Assembly: GCF_000143415.4 (NCBI RefSeq)
Contig: NW_003314281.1
Coordinates: 918,833-982,832, forward strand
Direction of reading: 5' to 3'
Source of the DNA: Selaginella moellendorffii
Lineage: Eukaryota; Plantae; Lycopodiophyta
Length of the DNA: 64,000 nucleotides
Below are positions 33,887-47,262 of the stretch, one piece after another. Position 1 is the first letter of the stretch. Each line of letters begins with the position of its first letter. The notes under the pieces were generated by a model. It did not search any database. It was not told the DNA's origin and saw only the letters and a program-made list of their open reading frames with translations. The translations under genes and the position numbers were made by a program.

Positions 33887-36103
33887 CTACCAGTAATCAC
33901 CGCACGAACAAGAGCCTCTCTGGAAGATATGAAACCGATGCGAGTCCCGGACAAGAACCTTTCGGTGTAACATCTTCGAAACCAGCTTGAAAAACGAGTG
34001 GCAGTCGGGACAGATTCGGAGGTTCTTGACAATGTGTAGCGTCGCTCCTGCGTCGGACGTCAACAGTCCCAGCCCCAGAGCCATCCTCTCGCTGTGAAAG
34101 AGCAGCAACTCGGGCTTCACCTCCTCGTTCACGTCCACCAAAACTTCTTTCGTGTCGGGCTCGTATCCGGCATGAGAAAGCTGTTCGTGGACTTCCTGGA
34201 GCCGAGCACGAATCTCCTGGTTCAGAGGGTGAGCAGTATCTCCACACACGAACTCGTGAATTCTTCGCTGTGCCTCGATCATACTCTTCCCGGGTGGCTT
34301 TGCGAGACCTCTCTGTTTGATCATCTTCTTCACCTCCGCTACGTCTGCCCACTTTCCAGCCTTTGCGTACATGTTTCCCATCAGAAGGTAAGGCCCCGAG
34401 TCGGGAGGATTCAGCTCGGTTATCCGCTTGTAAGCCCGAGCTCCGATCTTCAAGTCCCCGTAGACTTTGCAAGCACTCAGCAAGATCGTCCAAGTAACCA
34501 CGTCGGGAGAATACGGCATGGTGCGGACGAGCTCCTCGGCTTCTCTTAACCGGCCAACCCGTCCCAGAAGATCGATCATGCAAGTGTAGTGGGGCTGAAG
34601 CGGAACGATCCAGTGGTCCTCTCTCATGGCTCGAAAGTAGAGCAAGCCTTCGTCCGGCAGGCCCGAGTGGCTGCAAGCATTGAAGATTGCTGTGAAAGTC
34701 ACGTCGTCTGGAATCACTCCCTCGCAGTTCATCCGCTGGTAAGCTTCGAGACGGTACTGCGACTGCCCCGGCTGAGAGTAAGCGGACATGAGCGACGTCC
34801 AGGTGAAGACGTTCTTCAGTCCACAGTCGTTAAACACGGCTCTGGCTTCGTGAGCGCTGCCACACTTGGCGTACATGTTGACAAGCGCAGTATTGTAAGC
34901 AACGTCGGTCGGCTGGTCACCTCCTTTCACCTTCTTGTGAATCTCTTTCCCTTCGGTGAGAGCTCCCAGCTTTGAGCAGGCGTCGAGAACACTCGTGTAA
35001 GTCCACAAGTTTGGCTCGAGATTCCTGCCTTCCATCTCGATGTAGAGACTTATAGCCTTGCTCCCATCGTCGTACTTCGCAAAAACCGCGATCATGTTGT
35101 TGTAAGACGCGAGGTCCTTGTAACGTATCCCATCAAAGACCCACTTTGCGCTGGCGATCCTCCCAAACCTTCCATACATCCCAACGAGCGCGTTGGAGCA
35201 CACTGGAGTTCGTCTCTCGTGATTTCCCAGCTTGACATGGATGGCTTCTCCCTCTCGGATAGTCGGGCACACGGCTAGAGCAGCGGCGTAAGCGTAGATG
35301 TCCGGCATTATTCCCTCGGACAGCATTTTCTTGTAGAGCTCGTAGGCCTCGACGTGCTTGGCAGTGTGTGTGTAAGCCTGGATCATCGACGTATAGGATA
35401 TCAAGTTCTTGGGCTCCATCTTGTCGAACACCCCGGCCGCAAACTTGAAGCTCCCACACTTTGCGTACATGTGGATGAGGCTGTTTTGGACGACGAGATC
35501 AGTACCAAAGCCTTGAGCAATCGCGTGCCTATGAATCTCCTTACCATCCTCGAGGTAATCATCTCCAAGATGAGCGCACGACTTTAGAACCGTCACGTAG
35601 GTGGCTTGGTTCTGCTGGAGCTCCTCGTTGATCGACTTCTTGAAGAGCTGGAGAGCCTTCTTGTGGAGATCGTTCTCCTGGTAAGCTCCCATCATGATCG
35701 CGTACGAGTACTCGTTCTTCTCCGCGATCTCGGAGAAGGCCGCCACCGCGTCGTCGATGCTCTTGCATCGGCCATAGGCGCGCACCAGGCAATTCCCCAA
35801 AAACGTCTCCTTCTCCTGCTCCAGATTGGCGTCGATGATCCGCTCGTGAGTCATCTTGACGTAGCCCAGCCCAAACTCGCCCCAGCAGCGCTTGAGCCGG
35901 TCGGCGTACTCGGTAGAGCCGATGCGCAGCGGCGGCGGTGGTTTGAGCTGATCTAGCTCCTTCTGTGCCTTCCATTTACCTCGCTTCTCAGATGTGCGGC
36001 CGCCCTGGAGAATGCTGCTGCTGTGGATCTCCCTGGCATCGATCGCGACATGGAATCGAATGCGCCGCCTCCAAATGCGCGCCATTCTCCCCCAAAGCCT
36101 CAT
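33887..36103 (-). CDS. PLS-E-DYW PPR protein (putative C-to-U RNA editing factor)
   Basis: PG box (KPPGKSMIE), HEFVCGD, HSERMA, KNLRICPDCH, CSCGDYW; ATG chosen at 36103 (upstream ATGs overlap the neighbouring gene). Confidence 0.93.
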   Translation of the reverse strand: MRLWGRMARIWRRRIRFHVAIDAREIHSSSILQGGRTSEKRGKWKAQKELDQLKPPPPLRIGSTEYADRLKRCWGEFGLGYVKMTHERIIDANLEQEKETFLGNCLVRAYGRCKSIDDAVAAFSEIAEKNEYSYAIMMGAYQENDLHKKALQLFKKSINEELQQNQATYVTVLKSCAHLGDDYLEDGKEIHRHAIAQGFGTDLVVQNSLIHMYAKCGSFKFAAGVFDKMEPKNLISYTSMIQAYTHTAKHVEAYELYKKMLSEGIMPDIYAYAAALAVCPTIREGEAIHVKLGNHERRTPVCSNALVGMYGRFGRIASAKWVFDGIRYKDLASYNNMIAVFAKYDDGSKAISLYIEMEGRNLEPNLWTYTSVLDACSKLGALTEGKEIHKKVKGGDQPTDVAYNTALVNMYAKCGSAHEARAVFNDCGLKNVFTWTSLMSAYSQPGQSQYRLEAYQRMNCEGVIPDDVTFTAIFNACSHSGLPDEGLLYFRAMREDHWIVPLQPHYTCMIDLLGRVGRLREAEELVRTMPYSPDVVTWTILLSACKVYGDLKIGARAYKRITELNPPDSGPYLLMGNMYAKAGKWADVAEVKKMIKQRGLAKPPGKSMIEAQRRIHEFVCGDTAHPLNQEIRARLQEVHEQLSHAGYEPDTKEVLVDVNEEVKPELLLFHSERMALGLGLLTSDAGATLHIVKNLRICPDCHSFFKLVSKMLHRKVLVRDSHRFHIFQRGSCSCGDYW

Positions 36104-36188
36104 GAACCCTAAAACCCCGCATAAACCCTGGAATATGCTAATCACGTGAGCCCTAAAAGGTGTGAGAGCCCTAAGAACAGAGCATTTC

Positions 36189-36548
36189 ATGGCGTTCGCC
36201 ATCGCGTGCCCGGCGCAGCTCAAATCGGTGCTGGGCGGTCCCGATTCCGGCAGGATTCGCTCGCGTTCACCCGCATTTGGCATTAATCATTCCATTTTCG
36301 CGCAAGTCAGTCGGGGGAGCTTGAAATTTCGGGGTGTTGTGCCATTGGATCACAGGCAAGTGAAAAAATTCTCAGCGACGAACAGCTCTGATGCGAGCTC
36401 CACGGAGGACGAATCAAAACCTACCAGCGATTACAAGAGCGGGCCTCCAATTGCAACGATAGTGGCTGGGATTTTGGTGTTTGTTCTAGTTCTGTGGATG
36501 ATTGGTTCGCTCGTGACTTGGCTTGTAACACTCTTGGTTCATGGTTGA
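36189..36548 (+). CDS. Small protein with transit-peptide-like N-terminus and C-terminal TM segment
   Basis: MAFAIACPAQLKS..., acidic linker, GPPIATIVAGILVFVLVLWMIGSLVTWLVTLLV. Confidence 0.7.
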   Translation: MAFAIACPAQLKSVLGGPDSGRIRSRSPAFGINHSIFAQVSRGSLKFRGVVPLDHRQVKKFSATNSSDASSTEDESKPTSDYKSGPPIATIVAGILVFVLVLWMIGSLVTWLVTLLVHG

Positions 36549-36578
36549 ATGCAAAGATCCGCTTTCTCGCGAGAAGAT

Positions 36579-37805
36579 CTACAAAACTCTTTTGCTCGGC
36601 CACTCGATGATCCGGGAGAAGTAGCGAGGAGGAACAACGCCCCCAAATCCCTCTGTCAGCACCACACGGTTTTCCGAGATGAAAAGCTGCATGCCATCTG
36701 CGAGAAAGCCCATCGAAAATTTAGAACCCAAGAGAATGAAAGAAGAGATGCTTGAAGTTACCATCGAGAGCTTTTTCCACGTCGAGGAAGATGAGAGCAT
36801 CGCAAGTGTTCCTCATTCCTAAAGAACAAAGAGATCATTGTGAGAACTTTCGTGTTATCTCTTCCTCGAAACATTACCACTAACGACGCCATCGTCCCGG
36901 GGCAAGCCAGTCGCAAAGTGGACATGGTTTCTTCCCATGACACACAGCCCTGTTCGCCGAATGCTCGCGAGATTTTTCTTGAACGTCCCATGAACACACA
37001 CTGGCACCAAAGTATCAAAATCTTTGAGGCAAGATCTTCAAAAACCTTTCGAAGTGCCTGGAACTTGATCAGCCGACTCGATCTCTTTGAGGAGTTTCTC
37101 CGTGACCACAGCCTGTTGGTTCACTGGCTCAGCTCTAAAGAAATTCTAGCAACAAAAGAAAAAATCTACCTTCATGGAATGCCCCTGGTTAGCTCTGATG
37201 AAGAGAATCCCGTTCTCCACATTGGTGGAAAATCTGGTCTTTAGATCCGTCTCCACAACCTGGTGCCAAGGATTGATCTTAAGAAAACCACACACACACA
37301 CAAAGAAAAAAGAAAAGATTCCACAACCTTCAAGACGTCCTGTATGGAGTGACCTCTCATCGGTTGCAGCTTGAGAAGATCATTCATCCGGCAGTAGCCA
37401 TCACTCCGGATTTTCAATCCCATTTCCACCGCTTGGTGTCGAAGGATCCTCACTCTACAGAGAGAGTAAAAACCAAAAGAGCAAAGAGAAAAACTTTGCT
37501 TACAAATTCTTCCCCAAGCTTTGGAGCTGTTGATCAGTAGCGATGGATTTCGATGGCGATGCTATGCATTCCTTCTTCGCTACCGCACGGGTGCCGCTAC
37601 TGCCGCCACCGGAAAGATCGATCACTCCCTTGAAAACGCTCGATTTTGATCGAGCTGGAGCCTGTGGATCGTCACGCGAAGGGCTGGAGCTCGCTGCGGC
37701 CTGGATCTTTGGTCGATATACCTTCCTCACGGATCCAGGGCTCGAGAATGCCTGATTCTTGGCTGGAATCGCAGCGGCAGACCTCCGCGAGAAGTTTGAG
37801 ACCAT
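36579..37805 (-). CDS. TPT1: tRNA 2'-phosphotransferase (Tpt1/KptA), multi-exon
   Basis: [45 protein letters not shown]. Confidence 0.9.
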
Positions 37806-38196
37806 CCCAATATGCCCTGTTTTTGCCCTAAAAAGTGAGCTGGTTTGCCCTAAACGAAGGGCGCGCAACGCGAAGGAAGAACAGTGCCTAGGCCGGCAAA
37901 TCTTGTAAGTAGCCTCGATCGATCCATTCTTTAATGCGATGGAGCGGTGATTTGATGCTGATACATTGCTCGATCGATCGATCGATCGGTCGGATTCATT
38001 TGATTGATTCTTTTCCTGTGTTGTGGCTCACTGCGTGTGGTCCACTACAGTCGCTCTCTTTGTTTCTTTCCCCCTTGTCTCTCTCTCCCTTCGCTCATAA
38101 AATTCCGGAAGCCGGCTCTGGATGCTAACAGCGTGGGAATAAATCTCGCCTTGCAGGGCGGCGTTTTGATGAGGAAGAACTGAGAGGAGCGAAACA

Positions 38197-41100
38197 ATGC
38201 GCATCGTCCGCGACGATCGAGTGGGAATCGATCGAGCTCTTTTGCTCCAAAGACCGGTTTGCGAGCTTCCTCCATCCACAGCGTTCTTTGATGTGTGTTC
38301 TTTGGAAGAACACAGCGAGCCGGTAAAGTCCTCGTGTAAAGTCGGCATGGATGAGTCTTTAGGAGAAGGCTTTCAGGAAGCTCCAGACACAGAGAAACTC
38401 GAGAAGGTACTTGTCAATCTTTGTTTCTTCTCTGTTCTGAACTTTTGACGAGCTCGACTTGATGTTACAGCATTCTAGGATCTGGTTCAAAGCTTCCACT
38501 GGAAACTGGGAGATTGGCAGTGTCCAGTCGGTCTTACAGGATGGATCTTTGATCTGTAGCTCCAACGATGACGAGGTACATAGGAAAGTTTCGGCGTGTT
38601 TTTGTTATCGATAGCTTTGTGCTTGTTCTCCAGGTTCTCGAACTTGCAGTGAAGGATATCCATCCTGCAAATCCCGATATCCTTGAAGGCGTCGATGATC
38701 TGACCAAGCTGAGCTATCTGAACGAGCCCTCTGTTCTACACGACTTGAAAACTCGTTTTGAGAAGGACAATATTTATGTAAGCTTTCTTTCCTTCTTTTT
38801 CTATAACATTGTTTTGGCGACCACAGACAAATGCTGGGCCGGTGCTCATTGCTCTCAATCCGTTCAAGAAAATCCCACTCTACAGTGCCGAGCGTGTTCA
38901 AATGTATCGTGATAAGGTGTCTAAGAACTTCGATCCACATGTTTTTGCAATTACAGACAGCGCATGCACGGCCTTGTTTAGAGGTATCAGTCATTTATTT
39001 AATTTTTTTTCATGTTTTATGTTTCTGATCAAGCTAGTTATCAGATGGAATCAACCAGTCTGTTGTTATAAGGTGAGGATTTGCCTGGAATTTATGTGAT
39101 GCATTGTTTCAATGCTGATACTTTTCAGTGGCGAGAGTGGTGCTGGAAAGACGGAAACAGCAAAAATAGCTATGCAGTACATCGCTACATTCGGTGGAGG
39201 ACGGGGCGTAGAGGATGAAATCCTTGAAAGTAACCCGTTACTTGAAGCTTTTGGGAATGCAAAGACGCTAAGGAATGACAACTCCAGCCGATTTGTAAGT
39301 CATTCTGTCGTTGCTACTTGTAACTTACAACTCTTTTTCCTGTACTCCAGGGAAAATTGATTGACATCTACTTTGATGAGTCTGGGACAATATCTGGGGC
39401 AAAGATTCAAACTTGTGAGCCCAATGCGAGCTGACATGTTCATCTGGTAGCTTGTCTAGTTTCAGCGTTTCTTTTCTTTGTCATCTTCTGCTTTGTTTTC
39501 ATTCTTATTTCCTGAGTTTGTCATTAGTGCTGCCTGAAACTAACATTTTATGCCTTTGTACTGAACCGCTTTATCATTTGTTTTCTGTGCATGTTTATCG
39601 ACGCATAACGAGCAGATTTATTGGAAAAGGTACCTCTTATTCGCTTGTTTCTTTGTTTCTGACTTATGTTTGGTGCAGTCAAGAGTTGTTTATCAATCTT
39701 ATGGAGAGCGTTCTTATCATGTCTTTTACCAGCTTTGTGCTGGAGCCGACCATGCATTACGACGTAAGTTTATTCTGATTCCACAAAGTTTCATGAGCTC
39801 ACTGTAGGTGGTTGTTTTCTTCAGAGAAAATCAACTTGAAGCTCGCATCTGACTATCAATACTTGAGTCGAAACGGGTGCTTGACTATTGATGCCGTGGA
39901 TGATGCAGCACAGTTTAGGGCGATGTTGGTAGGCAGAATCATAATGCCTGATTCTATGCAAGATGGCAAAACACTCCTTTTTTACTCCAGAATGCAATGG
40001 ATCGCGTGAGAATTCCCAGAAACGACCAGCAACGACTCTTTGAGATGCTTGCAGCGGTTCTTTGGCTGGGGAACATCTCGTTCCACACGGCTGAGAGCGA
40101 AAACTATTCGACAATGGCTGTTGACGAAGGTATCAGTAAATAGCTTGAAAATGAGAAATCACGCTAATGGCCACTTTGTCAGCTGCAAGGTCTGTCGCGT
40201 CGCTACTAGGATGCCAGATAGATGTGCTTCATACGGCGCTGTGCACCCGTAAAATTAATGCTAGAGGCGAGGTCATAATCCAACAACTGACTGAGGCCCA
40301 GGTATGCTATGGATAGGTTTCATGGAATGGCAATATGTAAGCTCGTTTTCGCTCGTCACAGGCCATCGACTCAAGAGATGCGTTGGCAAAAGCCATATAT
40401 TCCTGTTTATTTGAGTGGCTGGTTGAAAAGATAAACAACTCTCTGGACGCCGGAAAGGCTTGCGAGTCGAAGTTTATCAGCATTCTCGACATCTATGGGT
40501 TTGAGTCTTTTGAGGTAACAAGTATCACACACGCCGCTTCTCACCGATCTTTGACAGTTTGCTTCAACATGTGTAGAACAACAGTTTCGAGCAGCTGTGC
40601 ATAAACTATGCAAATGAGAGGCTTCAACAGTTTTTCAATCACCACCTCTTCAAAATTGAGCAGGACGTAAGCTCATCTGTTATAATGATTTGGATCTTTA
40701 TTTTTTCTTTCTTTTTCTTTTCTCATTTTAGGAATACAGTTCTGAACGAATTGATTGGACGAAGATCGAGTTTGTGGACAACCAAGAGTGTTTGGACCTT
40801 ATTGAAAAGGTATTATCCCGTTTGAAATCTCAGAAAGTGTATAAGCTCTTGTTTACGTGCAGAAACCAGTGGGCCTAATCACTTTGCTAGATGAGGAGTG
40901 CAGCTTTCCTAAAGCAACAGAAGCTAGCTTAGCTTTGAAACTTAGCGAACATTTGAAAGGAAATAGCTGTTTCAAAGCCGAGCGCTCTCCCGGCTTTACG
41001 ATCAATCACTATGCAGGAGAAGTACTGTAAGCAAGATAATTTGTGTATATTGCTCACATTGTTTTGAACAGGTAACTTACGGGACATCCGGATTCCTCGA

Positions 41101-43300
41101 GAAAAATAGAGACCTTCTCCATGTTGATCTTCTGGAACTGCTTGGCTCTTGCGAGCATGATCTGGCAAAAGAGTTTGCGGCTAAGCTTGGGGGTACAGGA
41201 AGACTCAACGGCGTTGATTTACAAAGGCGGAGTGTGTCCACCAAGTTCAAGGTGATCAAGTTTGATGTCAAGCTTTATTTGCTGCTAACCTTTCTTTTTT
41301 CATGGTCTGCAGAATCAGCTGCTTAATTTGATGGAAAGGCTGGAAACCACAAGCCCGCATTTTATACGATGTGTCAAACCAAATAACAGGCAGCTCCGGA
41401 ACGTTTTCGACTTTGATCTCGTACTGCAGCAGTTGCATTGCTGTGGCGTGTTAGAGGTCGTTCGGATCGCGCGATCTGGATACCCAACGCGCTACTCCTA
41501 CGAGCATTTTGCACAGAGGTTTGTGTCGGTGTCTTTCTTGCTCTTATAGTTTCTTAACATCTTGTTTTTTTTCTTCTTTTCTAGATATGGATTTCTACTT
41601 GGCCAAACCAAGTCTCGGCATAATGACTATCGCAATGATTCCCTTCTAGTTCTTCAAAAAAATTCAATTCTACCTGGTGCCTTTCAAGCCGGCTTAAGTA
41701 AATTGTTTTTCCGCCCAGGCCAGGTGAGCTGCGTTGAGCTGTGAAACACAAACTGCCATAACTTTACATATCATGCGTTGCAGATAGGAATTCTGGAGCA
41801 CCTGCGTACAGGCACATTGAACGCAGTGGTTTATACTCAATCCCGTTTCAGAGGAAGGAGAGATCGCATTGAATATCTCCACTTGCGGAGGACCACAATC
41901 TGCTTACAATCATGTATGAATTTATCTGATTTTTCTTCCGGCCATGACTTTCTCGTCGCAGTGATGAGGAGGCGGCAAGCTCAGGTTTATTACGAGCACC
42001 TCAAGCTAGTTCACGTGTCGGCCATCAAGCTCCAGAAGGTTTCAAGAGGCATGCTGGCAAGAAAGCACTACAACAATCTACTCAAGAGATGGTCCGCTAG
42101 CATCATCATACAGAAACACGCTAGAGGCATCATATCAAGACGTGGATACCACCAGCAAAAACTTATCCATCAGGCAGCTGTCACAATCCAGAAGTTTTAC
42201 AAGGCTTTCGTTCATGCGAGACGCTGGTCCAGAATCTGGCAGCAGAGACTCTTCGCAACGGTCACATTACAAAAGTATTTTCGGAGCATACGGGCTCGGA
42301 TGGCCTACATGAAAGCTCGAGCTAGATTGATCCTGGTTCAAGCACGTAAGTTAAAAACTAAGTTGCTAACCAAATACATGCTAACCGGTCTTTTTGTAAC
42401 AGTGGTGAGAGGATGGCTATGCCGGAATGAACGAAAACACCATACGGAGCCGTCTGAGGAAGACAGTGAGTACGTGAATATCTCAGCAGTGGACTTGGAT
42501 ATGGATGTCGACTGCAAGGTAATGCGAGAGACGGTGTTTGAAACTCCGGAAAAAGATGGCGCCACCAAAGTTGTGCCAGAAAAGACCGTCTTTGAGATGC
42601 AAAAGAGGCTTCTCGAGATGGAAAGGAACCTGTGCGAGAAGGAAGACGAGAATGCCGAGCTGGTGATGAAGCTGAGGCTGTACGAAACGCGCTGGAGCGA
42701 GTACGAGGACAAGATGAACAGGATGGAGGGCCTGTGGCAAAACCAGATGGCCTCCTTGCAGCAGAGCTTGGAAGCGGCCAAGAAGAGCCTGGCTACCACC
42801 GTGCTCGACGCGAAGCAAAACGATCTCTTTGAGGTGCAAAGCAATGCGTCCAGGCAGCGAGCTGCAAGGCCGATCCTTCCGCAGAGCGAAAACGATTCGG
42901 ATTTTGATTGGGACGAGAGGACGAGTTTCGGGACCAGGACTCCCGAGTCCACCACCACATCGATCAACAGAGAGGTAAAAGTATTTTCTTTAGCTTCTCA
43001 ACTTTCTCAAGTTTAAGCTATCGATGTTTCCAGGGACAAGCCGTTGTGGAGCACTTGGTGAGAGAATTCGAGCACCGGTCACAGGTATTCAGCGATGACA
43101 TCGAGTTCATAGTGGAGGTGAAATCTGGACAGTGCGACGCGGAGCTGGATCCCGACATGGAGCTCAAGAAGCTCAAGCAGAGATTCGACGTATGGAAGAA
43201 GGATTTCAAGGTGCAAGTGAGGGAGACGAAGATGGTGTTGCAGAGATTGGAGGCCTCGTCGGAGCGGAGTCGAAAGAAATGGTGGGGAAGCAAGCCATAA
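38197..43300 (+). CDS. Class VIII myosin, ~20+ exons
   Basis: [66 protein letters not shown] repeats, coiled coil, class VIII tail [16 protein letters not shown]...KKWWG; start codon uncertain. Confidence 0.93.
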
Positions 43301-43607
43301 CTCATCCACTGAGAGAGACTTCACAGTTTTCCAGAGCTAGAGGTCTGTTTTTCTCCTCTTTCTTTCTTCGTCTTTGCTCGTTAAAGAGCAGCCTAGATTG
43401 CAAAGCAAAGTTTCTCGTGGAAAGAGCAAAAAGGAAGAGCTCGTTTTTGACCCATGATTAGATGCGAGATACTATTTTGCCAATGATCATATGTACTTAT
43501 GTATGATCCTCCCATTTGTTAAGTTTTTTATGAATGATGGTATACAAACATTTTGCCTCATAGCCAATGAATAAAACAAATGTTTTATCAAAAATAATTT
43601 ACATGAT

Positions 43608-46600
43608 TTACATGTTCATTCTGTCTAAAGCCAAATTGAGATCAAGAGCAGCCTTGCCAAGCTCACCGCTTTTCCTGGACAATAAACAAAGCAAAAGGCT
43701 GCTGGATCTTGCAAGTTTCATCCTTTGGAGTACCTTAGAAATGGTTTCAATCCTTGTTTGAGAAGCTGCAACTCCTTGAAACAGGCATCACACCTTCCAA
43801 ACCTGGAATAACAAAAAGGAAACTAAAGAAAAACAAACAAACCACACAAACCTCTTCTCGGCTTGCAAATCCACACCCAAAGTTGGAGAGGTCAAGACTG
43901 CGTCGCTAATGACATGTCCAAAATTCCTAACCAGCATCGACGTGAACGCTATCGAGATCATTACATGCCTGCAGATAAATCATAAAAGCTTAGAAGATAT
44001 GCACACGATAATGCATTGCAAACCTTTGTGTTGCACTAGCAAGAAGGCCGGTAAGCAACGGCAGAAGCATGGCCGCGATTTCTAAAGTAAAAACATCACT
44101 CCTCTCAATCAAAACACTTAAACCATCTACAAGAACCTGCAAAGCAAGCATGAGTTGACAAGAGAGCAGCCATCAAACTTACTGATTTATCTCCCATTTT
44201 AGCCATTGTTTCCACTGCTGACTTCAAATCCTTCTTCATCCAAAATCTCCTAACAACCTGCATCGTGCACATCTGCATCAGGAGCGAATGGAAACTATCT
44301 TAAGACATACTTGTAGCTTGGCAAGACGAGATTGCATTGTATTGCTCATAGTAGTTCGCTCCTGCAAAATTTCCTCTATTACGCGAGTATCTTCTTGACA
44401 TGAACTTCGGCTTCTCTTCTGTAACAACAAACAGCAAATCAGAACCTAAAAGAGATAAACAAAAGAAACATACGGAATCCAGCTCAACGTAAAACTTCCC
44501 TCCATTCCGTGCGTCTGGCCCCGCACTTCTCTCGCGCTCTTTTTCCCTTCTTTCCCAATATGCACTCGAAGACCATGGCCTTCCATTACCTGCTGTCCAG
44601 GAAACGAAATAAGTATAATTATAATGCACTAAAAGTACATACCTGTAGTGGAAGCCCCAAACGATGTTAAGTTTCTCGGAGAGTCGGCTTCTGCAAAAAG
44701 AAACACCCGGTTATCGCGTGATACGTTGTCACAAGACAGCAAACCTGCCAAAGCCTGACCAAGTAAGAAGTCTTCTTCTAGTTTCCTCAGCCGCCTTCTC
44801 GTGGTGAACATACCACCATCGTCATCACCTCTTCCAGTTTTGTCCCCGTGCGATTCCGGGTGGTTCTTTTGTTCGAGTTTGTCAGCAAGTGGAGTTTTTG
44901 GAGACACCAAAGTTGTACATTCCGCTTCCCTGTCACTATTTCGTTTCAATAGCTCGCCCGAACTCTTTCTGAGAGAAGAAAGCTTTATCGACGTCCTTTC
45001 TGTCCCTAAACTGGTATTTGGCCTTGAAGGTTGAAGCTCAGGCGCGCTTCCACGCCTTTGAGGGGTCGCTATAGTAGGCTGGTCTCTCCCTGGAGAAGGC
45101 GTTTTCACTTTCTGAAATGAGACGTGCTCTCCATTCGCTGCACTAAGTACGTAAGACCCTTCTGTAGAAAGGATTGCGGAAAGGCTTACTGTTTGTAGGA
45201 GATCTCAAGTTTCTTGGTGTGGAAATACTCCTGAAAGGGGCTACTCGCTGCAAACATATATTATAGACACAATAATAGATGCAAAAGACGCTTACAGGTA
45301 AGTCCACGACCCATACTCCCACACAACTTTGGTTGAAAGAGCATCCAAGGAGTTTCCCTTCATGCACATTCAAATCAGCCAAGCGTGACCAGTTGGCATC
45401 AATAACATCATGGCATCGTAATGGTTCCCATGAATAAACCTGCCAAGTACTAAACAGTTTCCTTAAAATAACCAAACTTCTCAAAGGTACCTTCAAGCCT
45501 TCCCGCAATGCACACAGCAGCGTCCGGCCGTCAGGAGTGAAGATCATCGGTCGAACTCCAGAATCCTGACACAGTTAAACAAAATCAGAACAAAGTGACC
45601 GCAGTTACAAATAACTTACTTCAGGTCCGGAAGAACCAACGAGCTCGAAAGTTTCCAAGTCATAGAACTTTGCGGTTTTGTCATCAGAACCTGAAAATGC
45701 AAGTTGGAAGAGGAGTATAAATATCACGTAAAGCCAAACCTGTCGCAAGAAGGAATTCATGAGGATGGAAGTCTAGACTGAGAATCTGATCGTCATGGTA
45801 CTTAAAATCATGGATGAGCTTCCCAGCAGTCAAGTCCCACAACTGTACCTTAGTAGCACGGATAGGACGCACAGAAAAATTAACGTTAAAACATTACCTT
45901 CACAGTTTTATCCTCTCCACCTGAAACTACCCAGCGACCATCTGGACTGAACTTGAGGCAATTCACTCCACAGCAATGACCCCTATATGTATGGATGCAC
46001 CCCTTTCGTCTGATATCCCAAATCTTCAAGTTCGAATCAAGCGAGCCGGATGCAAAAAACTCTCCAAACGGATGGAAATCGACTGCCGTGCAGTTGGAAC
46101 GATGCCCGGTAAGAGTGCGGACAACTGGAATCACAGAAACTCTGAGTGAGTTTCAGGAGAGAACGGAAAAGGAGGAAATTGAGTAAAACCTTACTCTTCG
46201 CTTCTTCGAGGTCCCACAGCTTGATAGCACCACTGGCTGCGCCAGCAACGACGTGAGATTCAGCCGCATCGAAAGTCACGGACTCCACAGGGCTCGAGTG
46301 CCCGGCTAAACTCTGTGACACAAACAGGAAATACTTCTCAGTCCATAAGATCGTCGCTTCCTACTAGAATGCAATGCGCCAACTTTGTTTTTCCTTATAT
46401 CCCTCTTGATCACAATGCCGACTGGCCGCTGGGAGAGAACTTACACAAGCTATCTGCAAGGTTCCAAACCACACTTGAAAAAACTATGGAGAAATAGATA
46501 CTCTCCCAGCCATGCCTAGAATGCCCCTAACCATGCTTTCCTAGCTTTATCAAAAGCTGTGCTTACCAGAATCGCGTTGGGCTTGCCGATCGCCCACATA

Positions 46601-46783
46601 TTGACCTTGTGATCGTCTCCACCGGTGACGAGCACCCGCGATGTTTTCCTCCCGATCTTGAGGCAATTCACCTGGGAAGAATGCGCAACAAACTCCTCTG
46701 GATTGCCACCAACAAGATCAACCAACAGCTCTGAAAGAAAACCGAATGCGAAGAAACTCACGTAATTTGTAAGCGCGCTTCAT
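43608..46783 (-). CDS. KTN80: Katanin p80 WD40 subunit B1 homolog, multi-exon
   Basis: MKRAYKL|[70 protein letters not shown]; C-terminal con80 region (GVDLQAEKR). Confidence 0.92.
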
Positions 46784-47115
46784 TGTGGAGCGCTGTGCAC
46801 GTCGAATGCATTCCCCTGTGCGGGCAAAGTAGCGCCCAATTCCTCGAAATCTTAAGCCGCCGCCTTGCTCTACCTCGCTCCTTCCTCATCCACTGGCATT
46901 CCTCTGCTCATCGAGAAGAAGAGATCAACGAGAAAGACGAGGAGAGAGATCCTTCAACCCTATAAATCTATCCCTGCCGCGCTCGCCCAAATTTCTAGGC
47001 TAGATCCAAGCTGCAACCCGGAAATACGCGCGGGATCGGATTATCGCCGACGATCGCCGACGATTGCCCTACCTCTTCTCTTTCCCTCCTCCAATGTCTC
47101 TTCAGTTCATTTGAA

Positions 47116-47262
47116 ACTTGCCACAACAAAGATCCATCTCGTGCTCGAATCCCATTCAAGAAATTACTTGCACAATAAAGACCGGTATGGTGCTCGATTC
47201 CCATACTAGACATGACTTGCCACAACAAAGATCGGTCCAGTGCTCGACTCCTGACCAAGAAT
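47116..47262. repeat. Three tandem ~50-bp imperfect repeats in the KTN80/kinase divergent spacer
   Basis: ACTTGC(C)ACAA(C/T)AAAGA...GTGCTCGANTCC units starting at 47116, 47166, 47215. Confidence 0.85.

Noticed and set aside
36104-36283. Extended N-terminus of the DYW PPR (798-aa ORF)
   Set aside because: Overlaps the start of the opposite-strand gene and the CCCTA-rich spacer; a downstream Arg-rich targeting-like start is more plausible
47116-47262. CRISPR-like array
   Set aside because: Eukaryotic context, only three units, variable parts are short and alignable, no cas genes
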